Positions 19,554 through 27,835 of a stretch of 32,000 nt of DNA are shown here, piece after piece. Source of the stretch: Oscillatoriaceae cyanobacterium M7585_C2015_266 (GTDB taxonomy: Bacteria > Cyanobacteriota > Cyanobacteriia > Cyanobacteriales > Oscillatoriaceae). A program made the translations under genes and the position numbers. Where the stretch lies: NCBI GenBank assembly GCA_015295835.1, contig DVEG01000020.1, positions 299,709 through 331,708 on the forward strand, in the 5' to 3' direction. The notes below the pieces were generated by a model, which worked only from the letters and a program-made list of their open reading frames with translations, did not search any database and had not been told where the DNA came from. Numbering within the stretch: the stretch's first letter is position 1; each line of letters begins with the position of its first letter.

Positions 19554-21764
19554 CTACGCGACTCGATAAATAAAACTGAGCGTAGCGTAAGCTGCTACAT
19601 CCAATGCATAAGCATCTGCTGAAACTCCTGCTATTTGTGCTTTTGGTGCACTTGCTTGGTGCAAGTCTTGCAAAAGAGCCTGAGCAACGGCTAAAGGATT
19701 AGACAAAAGGATAATAGACTGCCCATCTGAGCAGGGGCGAAGATCTCCCGCTAGTGCAGTAAAGGTGCGTGAGAAGGGGGCAAGAGAACAGATAATATAA
19801 GTTTCTATTAGCCCGGTGGTGCCAGCACTATGGGCGGAAACAATTTCAACAGGGGGAATGGTTACAGTTTGCCCTGGGGCGATCGCTTTTGGCGGCAAAA
19901 ATGTTATTTTTTCAGCAGTAGTGCAAGTTTGCAAACATCCAGCAAGCGCCCGCCCCCGATTATCCAAACCCATTAGCAAGTAATAAATTAGCTTATCACT
20001 TTGATTGCTCAATCGATAATGAATACGACTGCCCGCTGGTAAATTAATAACCTGTAGCGCTTCTTCCCCCGCCAGTTTACTACCCCCGGTTGCACCACCA
20101 AAACGCAAGCTTCCTCGCTCTATCAGCACTCTTTCTTCACTACCTGCCATTACCTCCAGTTTTGCTACAATCCCCAACTGCGAAGAACCCTCATTCGCCG
20201 TTAAACGCCACAATTTCGCAGCTAACAGAGCGTATAACTGCGGTGCTAAACGGCGTACAGCCGCTTTGACGGCTTCTCCCCCTTCGCCAACTGTATCAGG
20301 AATTAAACTCTGACTAAGAGAAAATAAACCATAGCTGCTAGGAGCAAGGGAAGGCAAGGCAGATTTAGTAGCAAGCAGCGTCTCGCGAACACGCCCGAAA
20401 AAGCAATCAGCCGGCTGCTCCGAAGCTATCACGGAAGAAACGTAGGGAATCGTGGCAAAAGCACTTGTGGCATCCACCCGCTCTATGCGTTCGAGGGAAG
20501 TATCTAGGGCAACAGTCAAGTTGGGAGTGCGGGGCAGTACCCGCACACTTTCTCGAACTAATTGCCCCACCTGTAGGGGGAAAGTGGTAGCAATATCGGT
20601 ATTGAGTAGTTGTGCCTGGGCAGATAAACCACTACGCGAGCGAATCTGTAGCAGCACCCGTTGGCGTAGCAACTCCACAGGAGTATCATTAGCATTATGC
20701 ACGCTCAGTAAGGAATTCACCCCGTAAGAGTCTATTACCCTTATCGGTAATCCCCCTAGCCACACTTGCGCTGTTTTACCGTCTTCTGCTACTGCCGTTA
20801 CCGCGCCTTCTGCTGGCGGGCTAAAGTATAAATCTGGGAAAAGTATAGGGCTTTTTTGCTCAGATGACTGCCACTGGGGTTTCTGAATCGTGCCAGCTAG
20901 TTGCTCTACCATACAAATGGCGCGCTGAAAGCTGAATAAAAGCGATCGCGCAGGGGTTGCCCACCACAGGCTTTGAGTAAGAGCGTAAGTAAATACGCCA
21001 GCGCTAAATCCGCTCCATACCATCTCGGTAGCAGCTTTTTCAGGGCTAGCTGCTGTCAGGAAAACTCCGTGCCATTTTCCCCCCCTGGAGTTTTCTATAT
21101 CATTATAGTTATTAAGATAGCTGTTTTGGAGAGCTAGTAATTTTTGTTCAGTTAGTAAACTAGGGCGAGAGCGAATCCGTAAATTCCCCTGAATGGAGGT
21201 GCCGGGATAGCTGTAGCCAGCATCGATGACAATCAGCACTCTCTGCAGCGAGCGTAGCAACCGCCACAGTGTTTCTTCTAGCAAGTCATTAACAGCAATC
21301 CCATCCGTACCAATAAAACTGTCAAAGGGCACAAGCGAATTGATATCATCGGCAGACTCAGCATCTGCTGCTCGCACTGTATACAAACGACGACCATATC
21401 CGCTAAAATGAAAAACTACTAGATCGTCTTCTTTTGCTTGTGCAATTAAATGCGTTTGTAAAGCCTCTTCAATATTCTGGCGAGTGGCTTGGCTATCTGT
21501 GAGGGTGACAATATCCTGTGCCTGAAAGCCAAACCGATACATTAACAATTCCCGTTGCAATTCTACATCTGTCACACATCCAGCAAGGTTGCCACCCCCT
21601 CCATACTGGTTTATGCCCACTAGCAGCGCTAACTTGCGCCTCGAAGGCTCTGCTAAAACGCTTATGGCGCGCTCGCTCCAATGCCACAATAGCGTCTCAC
21701 TGATTCCAATAGACGCTAGTAAGCCTCCAGCTCGTTGCAAAAATTCCCGCCGTTTCAGTCTCAT
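19554..21764 (-). CDS. Caspase-family (orthocaspase/C14-like) protein with Tat-like signal and substituted catalytic dyad
   Basis: KRREFLQRAG twin-arginine-like leader; p20-like fold motifs LALLVGINQYGG...DLVVFHFSGYG...RVLIVIDAGYS...GVFTYALTQSL; C-terminal region resembles DUF4384. Confidence 0.85.
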   Translation of the reverse strand: MRLKRREFLQRAGGLLASIGISETLLWHWSERAISVLAEPSRRKLALLVGINQYGGGGNLAGCVTDVELQRELLMYRFGFQAQDIVTLTDSQATRQNIEEALQTHLIAQAKEDDLVVFHFSGYGRRLYTVRAADAESADDINSLVPFDSFIGTDGIAVNDLLEETLWRLLRSLQRVLIVIDAGYSYPGTSIQGNLRIRSRPSLLTEQKLLALQNSYLNNYNDIENSRGGKWHGVFLTAASPEKAATEMVWSGFSAGVFTYALTQSLWWATPARSLLFSFQRAICMVEQLAGTIQKPQWQSSEQKSPILFPDLYFSPPAEGAVTAVAEDGKTAQVWLGGLPIRVIDSYGVNSLLSVHNANDTPVELLRQRVLLQIRSRSGLSAQAQLLNTDIATTFPLQVGQLVRESVRVLPRTPNLTVALDTSLERIERVDATSAFATIPYVSSVIASEQPADCFFGRVRETLLATKSALPSLAPSSYGLFSLSQSLIPDTVGEGGEAVKAAVRRLAPQLYALLAAKLWRLTANEGSSQLGIVAKLEVMAGSEERVLIERGSLRFGGATGGSKLAGEEALQVINLPAGSRIHYRLSNQSDKLIYYLLMGLDNRGRALAGCLQTCTTAEKITFLPPKAIAPGQTVTIPPVEIVSAHSAGTTGLIETYIICSLAPFSRTFTALAGDLRPCSDGQSIILLSNPLAVAQALLQDLHQASAPKAQIAGVSADAYALDVAAYATLSFIYRVA

Positions 21765-22033
21765 GAAATTCTTCCTAGTTTCCCTATTTTATTTTAAATT
21801 CTTTGGTGACTCTCTGTAGCCCCCCTATCTTTACTCACGCTCTGTCATCCCTCTACAGAATGATTTAAATATTTTTTCAGATGTTAGTTTGGCTTTGGCA
21901 CTAAAATAATTTTAAGTAGCGATCGCTACTAGATGGGGGAGATTTTTTGGCCTTCGCTTCTTGGAAGATTAAGGAATTTAAACCATTCGGGATTTGAGAT
22001 TTGATAAACTAAGTGAAGAGCCTCTAAATTTTT

Positions 22034-23752
22034 CTAAAATCCTAAATCGTATTTGGCAGATTCTGCCGCTTTTAGTACAGTCTCAGTTGGCATGTTTTCC
22101 CAGTCTGTATCAGCTATATCCTGATAAAATTTTTCGTCATATGGGCGAGTCTGTATAACAACTGGCATCGGTACGGCATGCCCAAGAATTAGAGCTTGTT
22201 GTTTGGAATCTAGTTTGGCTAAAACTGAGCGCAGGCTTTGCCCCCCTGAAACGCCTGTGAAAATAGCATCTATGTCTTTCTCGTCATTAAGCAGAGCAGT
22301 GATGCGGGTGCCAATTTGAGACATAACTTCGTTATCAATTCCTGATGGGCGCTGATCGACAATTAATAATGTGACAAAATATTTGCGCATTTCTCTTGCA
22401 ATTGTGCCGAAAATTGTTGATCGCACTGTCGCCGGATCAAGAAATCTGTGTGCTTCTTCTATAGTAATTAATAACTGTCGCGGGCGATCGCTTGGATTTT
22501 TCGTCTGCAAAAATCTCTCTGTTTTTTGTACATAACTACTGTGAATCCGCCGAGAAATCATATTCGTCGCTAGCATATAAGAAAGCATGTTCGCCTGCGA
22601 GCCAAACTCTATAACAACATGTTTCCCTGCATCCAGCGATTCTAAAATTTGACCTATATAATTTTTCGGACTCGTATTGCGCATGTACTTTAAATCGTCT
22701 AAACGCATTAATTTCCGCTGTAAGGCAATAATCGATGCTTTATTCCCCCTTTTCTCATCGCAAAAGTCTTGAATTTCTTCATTTCCCATATTCAGCAATT
22801 GCGTAATCCACGATTTCCCGTATTCGTTGCGCAGGATAATCGCATTTTCGATCGCTGCATCAGAAAGATTTAGCTCCTTCTGTACAAGGGCAATATCTTC
22901 TACTTCTATTTGATCATAACTAAGATATAATTCCTGAGCATCACGCACACCCCGACGTCTAGTAGAAGCCGGATCAAGAGTATAAATCTCTACTTGACTG
23001 GGAAATAATTGCCGCAACCCTTTAACCATATTTAGTTGTTTGCCTTCCGTCGTAGCTTCCCAGCCATACTCCGAGTGCATATCAAAAATTAAATTCACTG
23101 CTGCCTGTTTTTTAATTACCCCAGATAGCAGTAAACGCGTTAAAAAAGATTTACCAGTTCCCGATTTGCCGAAAATACCGTTGCTGCGCTCAACAAACCG
23201 ATCGAGATCTATGCACACCGGCACATCCATATCCAAAGGCTTACCGATCGCAAAATTACGGCGGTGGGGATCATCTTCCCAGCCAAATACCAAACGGAAA
23301 TCTCTTTCGGTAGCATCGAAAACTTGCGAGAAATGTCGGGGAATAGTTTTTACCGGCATCAACGTTGATTTCTCGCTGACTGCAAATGTCTCTCCTTTCT
23401 GTGTTTTTGCCCCTCTGCCAGTAGCAAAATTAACAGCTACAGGTTTTTCTTCAGGCTCAGGAGTGAGCATCAGCATCGGCATTAAGCTGATAGTGCCGTA
23501 AGTGCCGCTGCCGGCAAGTACTGCTTGCATAAACTCGTCTTCTGGCAATGGTGGATTAGCAAGAATGCGCTCGCTAGAAGTTCCCAAGCAAACGTCAGTA
23601 AGCATACAAAAGAAATGCGCTCGCTCTCCCCGTACAACCATAAATTTACCCACTCGCATATCTTCCACCGAAACGTCAGGATGCAATCGCACTTCTAATC
23701 CTTGACTTAGAGAACCTTGTATCACAGAACCTAAGGGCTTCTCCGATTTCAT
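22034..23752 (-). CDS. HerA/DUF87-like hexameric ATPase
   Basis: Walker A GIFGKSGTGKSFLTR, Walker B LLITIEEAHRFL, DQRPSGIDNEVMSQIGTRI region, N-terminal HAS-barrel-like region. Confidence 0.85.
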   Translation of the reverse strand: MKSEKPLGSVIQGSLSQGLEVRLHPDVSVEDMRVGKFMVVRGERAHFFCMLTDVCLGTSSERILANPPLPEDEFMQAVLAGSGTYGTISLMPMLMLTPEPEEKPVAVNFATGRGAKTQKGETFAVSEKSTLMPVKTIPRHFSQVFDATERDFRLVFGWEDDPHRRNFAIGKPLDMDVPVCIDLDRFVERSNGIFGKSGTGKSFLTRLLLSGVIKKQAAVNLIFDMHSEYGWEATTEGKQLNMVKGLRQLFPSQVEIYTLDPASTRRRGVRDAQELYLSYDQIEVEDIALVQKELNLSDAAIENAIILRNEYGKSWITQLLNMGNEEIQDFCDEKRGNKASIIALQRKLMRLDDLKYMRNTSPKNYIGQILESLDAGKHVVIEFGSQANMLSYMLATNMISRRIHSSYVQKTERFLQTKNPSDRPRQLLITIEEAHRFLDPATVRSTIFGTIAREMRKYFVTLLIVDQRPSGIDNEVMSQIGTRITALLNDEKDIDAIFTGVSGGQSLRSVLAKLDSKQQALILGHAVPMPVVIQTRPYDEKFYQDIADTDWENMPTETVLKAAESAKYDLGF

Positions 23753-24017
23753 GTCAAAACTTACTCAATCCTTTTTTTAGTTAGTCTCAGGCTCAATTTT
23801 AATTTCAAAGCTCGAAACACAGTTAACTTTAAAATCATTTTTATTTATACCCTTAAAACGATCACCTTACATTCCCACATTTCACCACCAGTCCAAATAA
23901 TGGCCATCTGGCCTCAAATTCCAGTTACCATCAAAAAAATCTTATTGCCACCTTACTAAACAAACTTTATAATACTTTACATTCGTTTACGTTTACCTCA
24001 CACTGGAATCTCTAAGC

Positions 24018-24596
24018 ATGAATACTCAATTTCCTGCAGATTGGCTAAGAAAAATCCTCAGCATTGCAGCCATTGTCAGTGCCAGCACTCTGCTTGTCAT
24101 CCCTGTAGAAGCAAAAAACTGCCAAGCAAAAGCCGAAATGCGGGCAGAATCCATGCGCATGCAGGATGAAAGCACAGCAATGAAGCCCAGCATTGTTGAA
24201 ATCGCAAGCAAAAACGACTCCTTCAAAACTCTCACCGCTGCCTTACAAGCCGCCGGTTTAGTCGAAACCCTAGCCGAAAAAGGTCCCTTCACAGTTTTTG
24301 CTCCAACAGATGAAGCCTTTGCCGCATTACCAGAAGGCACAGTGGAAACACTGCTCAAACCAGAAAACAAAGATAAACTAATCAAAGTCTTGACTTACCA
24401 TGTCATTGCTGGTGCCGTTAAATCTGGCGAGCTGACAGATGGAAATGTAACAACCCTAGAAGGCAACCCCGTAATAATTAAACTCGATGGTGGCAAAGTT
24501 ATGGTGAACGAAGCCAAAGTCACCACAGCAGACATCGTAGCAAGCAATGGTGTTATTCACATCATTGATAAAGTTATCTTGCCCCCTGATATGTAA
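24018..24596 (+). CDS. Secreted fasciclin (FAS1) domain protein
   Basis: Signal peptide, then FKTLTAALQAAGLVETLAEKGPFTVFAPTDEAFAALP...LTYHVIAGAV...NGVIHIIDKVILPP. Confidence 0.93.
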   Translation: MNTQFPADWLRKILSIAAIVSASTLLVIPVEAKNCQAKAEMRAESMRMQDESTAMKPSIVEIASKNDSFKTLTAALQAAGLVETLAEKGPFTVFAPTDEAFAALPEGTVETLLKPENKDKLIKVLTYHVIAGAVKSGELTDGNVTTLEGNPVIIKLDGGKVMVNEAKVTTADIVASNGVIHIIDKVILPPDM

Positions 24597-24630
24597 ATTC
24601 AGATTTCTAAATACCTAATAAAACACTTTA

Positions 24631-24654
24631 GGGCCTAACTTTTTGGTTAGGCCC
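24631..24654. terminator. Perfect 9-bp inverted repeat downstream of the fasciclin gene (terminator-like, no following U-tract)
   Basis: GGGCCTAAC (24631-24639) / GTTAGGCCC (24646-24654), 6-nt loop. Confidence 0.5.
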
Positions 24655-24659
24655 ACTCG

Positions 24660-24665
24660 TATAAT
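24660..24665 (+). promoter_or_regulatory. Candidate -10 box (TATAAT) upstream of putative RNA copy 1
   Basis: Exact TATAAT, about 30 nt before the first conserved block; no convincing -35 assigned. Confidence 0.4.
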
Positions 24666-24694
24666 TAAAAGCTAACCGTAATAAATCAAACTTA

Positions 24695-24849
24695 AACTAG
24701 AGTGGACAAACTACAATAGGTTTCGCGACAGGGGACACCCTTGAAACCTTGAAACCTGATTCGCTCACCTCTTTCTTTATCCCCTCCTGTTTAACTCTAT
24801 CGTTTGAAGATATTTTACACTTCTGTTGGTGTCCGATCTTAACTTAGCA
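24695..24849 (+). ncRNA. Putative structured RNA, copy 1 (unassigned family)
   Basis: Blocks AACTAGAGTGGACA, CGACAGGGGACACC and GGTGTCCGATCTTAACTTAGCA are shared in order with copy 2. Hairpin AGGTTTC (24718-24724)/GAAACCT (24743-24749). Loop segment GGACACC (24733-24739) is complementary to GGTGTCC (24828-24834). Confidence 0.65.
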
Positions 24850-24945
24850 CACCTGCAATCAATTGACAAGTAGATTTTACTAAACTTAATAATTTATTAA
24901 GTAATTTAAGATTTAATCTTTTCACTACTCAACACTTTATCTCCA

Positions 24946-24986
24946 AAAATGGGTAGGGTCTAGCCATACGCGACTAGACCCATTTT
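24946..24986 (+). terminator. Candidate intrinsic terminator between putative RNA copies 1 and 2
   Basis: GGGTCTAG (24956-24963)/CTAGACCC (24974-24981), extendable across a bulge by AAAAT (24946-24950)/ATTTT (24982-24986). Confidence 0.55.
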
Positions 24987-25037
24987 ATCATAAGTAAGGA
25001 CTGAAAAAGAAGATAAAATAAAAAATTGATACTCTAC

Positions 25038-25277
25038 AACTAGGGTGGACAGTTCGCAGCTTAGCCTTATTTTTTACCGTACTCTCTTTTCTCCGACTTG
25101 CGGTTTGGCTTTGTTCAGAGAACTGAACGTTTGGCCACTTTTTCTTAGCGGTATCGGGTTCGCTGCATCTGGACTTTCGACAGGAGACACCAGGTCTAAG
25201 TCCTACTCTTTAACTGATTGATAACTGACTATTTAGTTTTTCGGTGTCTGATATCAAACTAGCATGCTATACCCTAG
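25038..25277 (+). ncRNA. Putative structured RNA, copy 2 (unassigned family; larger, with an extra folded domain)
   Basis: Blocks AACTAGGGTGGACA, CGACAGGAGACACC and GGTGTCTGATATCAAACTAGCA match copy 1. Hairpin GGACTT (25171-25176)/AAGTCC (25198-25203). Loop AGACACC (25185-25191) is complementary to GGTGTCT (25243-25249). Possible closing stem CTAGGGTG (25040-25047)/TACCCTAG (25270-25277). Confidence 0.65.
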
Positions 25278-25486
25278 CTGACAAGTAATCTTTACAATAT
25301 TTTTTATTTTGTAAATTAAGTTAATATATAAGCAAGTAGCCAGGATTGGGGGATTAGAGGATGGGAAAAAAGCAGGTAGAAGTCGCAAAAACAATTATCC
25401 TGGTAGGAAAAATACAAGATAAAAAAAGAATTTCTCGTGCTATGATAGCCTAAAGGCAGCAAAAAAAAAAGTAAGGAAAAGATAAA

Positions 25487-26947
25487 ATGGCTAAAATAGA
25501 AGTTTTGGAACGAATTTCCGATACGGTTTGGGAAATACCAATTTCCTACAAAAAAGGAATGCAAGTGCCTGCACGAATCTATGGCACAGAAAAATTGATC
25601 CGAGAAATGGATGATGCCGTTTATGATCAAATAACAAACGTAGCCACACTTCCAGGAATTACTAAATATGCTCTGTGTATGCCAGATGGTCACTTTGGCT
25701 ATGGATTTCCCATCGGCGGAGTAGCTGCAATGGATGTAGAAAATGGGGGCGTTATCTCACCAGGCGGAATAGGATTTGATATCAATTGCGGTATGCGTTT
25801 GGTGGTGACTAATTTAACCTATGATGACGTCAAACCATATATTAAACAATTGGTAGATCGACTTTATGAAAGAGTGCCGGCAGGAGTTGGCAGTAAGGGA
25901 TTCGTGAAACTGTCACCAATGGAATTTCGTAAAGTCATGGAAAAAGGAGCTCGCTGGTGCGTGGAAAATGATTATGGCTGGGAAGAAGATTTGGAAATGA
26001 CCGAGGAAAATGGATGTATTAAAGGAGCCGATGCCTCGACAATTAGCGAAAAAGCGATCGAACGCGGTTTCAATCAAATCGGAACCCTGGGTTCGGGAAA
26101 CCATTACTTGGAAATTCAAGTGGCAAAACCAGAAAATATTTTTGATCGCTCCTTGGCTGAAAAAATGGGTATTACTATCCCTAATCAAGTCGTGGTAATG
26201 TTCCACTGCGGGAGCCGGGGATTTGGTCATCAAGTGGCCACCGATTACCTGCAAGTTTTCCTAAAAGTCATGGAAAGCAAATATGGAATTAAAATATTAG
26301 ATAGAGAATTAGCCTGCGCCCCCTTTTACTCTCCCGAAGGGCAAGCTTATTTTGCAGCTATGAAGTGCGGGCTGAATATGTCTTTTGCTAATCGGCAAGT
26401 AATTTTACACCGCATCCGAGAAGTGTTTTCGGAAATATTCGGGCGCTCACCAGAAGATATGAATATGCGAATGGTTTATGATGTTGCACATAATACTGCT
26501 AAATTAGAAAGTCATATTATTGATGGAAAAGAGCGATCGCTACTCGTCCACCGCAAAGGAGCAACACGAGCATTCGCCCCAGGAATGTCAGGAATTCCGG
26601 AAAAATACAAATCAATCGGACAGCCAGTTATTATTGGCGGCAGTATGGAAACCGGCTCTTATTTATTAGCAGGTGTACCCGGAGGAGCAGAAACATTCTT
26701 TAGCACCGCCCACGGCAGCGGGAGAACTATGAGTCGCACAAAAGCACGAAAAACTTGGCGCGGCGAAAAACTACAAAAAGATTTAGAAAACAAAGGAATT
26801 TACGTTCGCGCAACCTCTTGGAGCGGATTGGCAGAAGAAGCAGGCTCCGCCTACAAAAATATCGATGACGTAATCGCAGCCGCTGAATTAGCAGGAATTA
26901 GCAAAAGAGTGGTGCGGTTTACACCAATTGGAAATATCAAAGGATAA
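25487..26947 (+). CDS. rtcB: RNA ligase RtcB (3'-phosphate/5'-OH ligase)
   Basis: MPDGHFGYGFPIGGVAAMD...GGIGFDINCGMRL; NHYLEIQ; FHCGSRGFGHQ; HGSGRTMSRTKA catalytic His-containing motif. Confidence 0.96.
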   Translation: MAKIEVLERISDTVWEIPISYKKGMQVPARIYGTEKLIREMDDAVYDQITNVATLPGITKYALCMPDGHFGYGFPIGGVAAMDVENGGVISPGGIGFDINCGMRLVVTNLTYDDVKPYIKQLVDRLYERVPAGVGSKGFVKLSPMEFRKVMEKGARWCVENDYGWEEDLEMTEENGCIKGADASTISEKAIERGFNQIGTLGSGNHYLEIQVAKPENIFDRSLAEKMGITIPNQVVVMFHCGSRGFGHQVATDYLQVFLKVMESKYGIKILDRELACAPFYSPEGQAYFAAMKCGLNMSFANRQVILHRIREVFSEIFGRSPEDMNMRMVYDVAHNTAKLESHIIDGKERSLLVHRKGATRAFAPGMSGIPEKYKSIGQPVIIGGSMETGSYLLAGVPGGAETFFSTAHGSGRTMSRTKARKTWRGEKLQKDLENKGIYVRATSWSGLAEEAGSAYKNIDDVIAAAELAGISKRVVRFTPIGNIKG

Positions 26948-26950
26948 ACT

Positions 26951-27832
26951 ATGCCACGCACACCACTGACTATAATAACAGGACCTCTCGGAAGCGGAAA
27001 AACAACCCTACTACGCCATATTTTAGATAGTTTTCCCAAAAAAATCGCTATCTTGATGAATGAATTTGGCGAAATCGCAATCGACAGCAAAATTATCGCC
27101 GGCAAAAACGTACAAATGGCTGAACTCGGCGGCGGTTGCGTCTGTTGTTCTCTCCTGGGAGAATTTGAAGCCGCTGTAAATGAAATTCTCGATACCATTG
27201 CTCCAGATAATCTGATCATAGAAACAACAGGCGTCGCCGAGCCAGACGCATTGGTATTTGATGCTCAAGAAAACTTGCCAAAAGTGCGACTAGATGGCGT
27301 GATAACAGTAATCGACGCCGATGCAATCGTAAAATATCCCAGCGTCGGGCACACAACACGAACGCAAATCGAAGCCGCCGACGCTATTCTATTAAATAAA
27401 ATAGATTTAGTATCAGAAAGCGAGTTAGAAGAAATCGCCCAAAAATTACAAAAATTTAATAAAACAGCAGAAATATTCCCCACCATACGCTGCCAAGTCG
27501 ATACCGAATTACTATTTGGCATCGGCAGGGAAAAAATAGAACAACCCCCTCACCATATTCACCAGCCAGAATTTGAATCCTTCGTTTATACGTCATCGGC
27601 AATAAGCGAGCGCACACGGTTCGAGGAATTTGCCAATAACATTCCCTCCAACATCTATCGAGCAAAAGGATTCATCCGATTTTCCGATGGAATCTATCTA
27701 TTTAATTTCGTCGCCGGGCGCTGGGATTTAGAGCAATTTCAACAACAAGCAACAGAATTAGTATTTATCGGTAAACAGGCAAAACAACGCCAAGCCGAAA
27801 TAATCGAACAATTAAAAAAATGCGAATACTAG
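26951..27832 (+). CDS. CobW/G3E-family GTPase (putative metallochaperone)
   Basis: Walker A GPLGSGKTT, metal-binding GGGCVCCSL (CxCC), NKIDL, CobW C-terminal domain. Confidence 0.93.
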   Translation: MPRTPLTIITGPLGSGKTTLLRHILDSFPKKIAILMNEFGEIAIDSKIIAGKNVQMAELGGGCVCCSLLGEFEAAVNEILDTIAPDNLIIETTGVAEPDALVFDAQENLPKVRLDGVITVIDADAIVKYPSVGHTTRTQIEAADAILLNKIDLVSESELEEIAQKLQKFNKTAEIFPTIRCQVDTELLFGIGREKIEQPPHHIHQPEFESFVYTSSAISERTRFEEFANNIPSNIYRAKGFIRFSDGIYLFNFVAGRWDLEQFQQQATELVFIGKQAKQRQAEIIEQLKKCEY

Positions 27833-27835
27833 CCT

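Noticed and set aside
23040-23501. Plus-strand 153-aa ORF inside the HerA-like gene
   Set aside because: Antisense to a confident coding region, with no recognisable domain.
19554-23752. HerA-like ATPase plus caspase homologue as an anti-phage defence pair
   Set aside because: The genes are separated by about 270 bp, the caspase is catalytically substituted and carries an export-like leader, and nothing indicates a mobile or defence-island context.
24731-24760. TPP-riboswitch-like string ACACCCTTGAAACCTTGAAACCTGAT
   Set aside because: The obligatory CUGAGA motif and the 3' GCGUAGGGA part are missing, copy 2 does not share it, and no thiamine gene is downstream.
24718-25191. Similarity to the tmRNA 5' region (GGTTTCGCGACAGG and CTTTCGACAGG resemble GGUUUCGACAGG)
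   Set aside because: No tag-peptide reading frame, no T-arm/acceptor/CCA partner, and the conserved pairing pattern of both copies is different. The likeness is limited to about 12-20 nt.
24695-25277. Possibility that the RNA pair is an omega/HEARO RNA or a transposon-end remnant
   Set aside because: Not excluded, only not adopted. There is no IscB/IsrB/TnpB ORF, no detectable transposase fragment and no terminal inverted repeats framing both copies. An Rfam/ISfinder search would decide.
25316-25693. Minus-strand 125-aa ORF overlapping the rtcB start
   Set aside because: Overlaps the well-supported rtcB N-terminus and is low-complexity aromatic/hydrophobic sequence; likely spurious.
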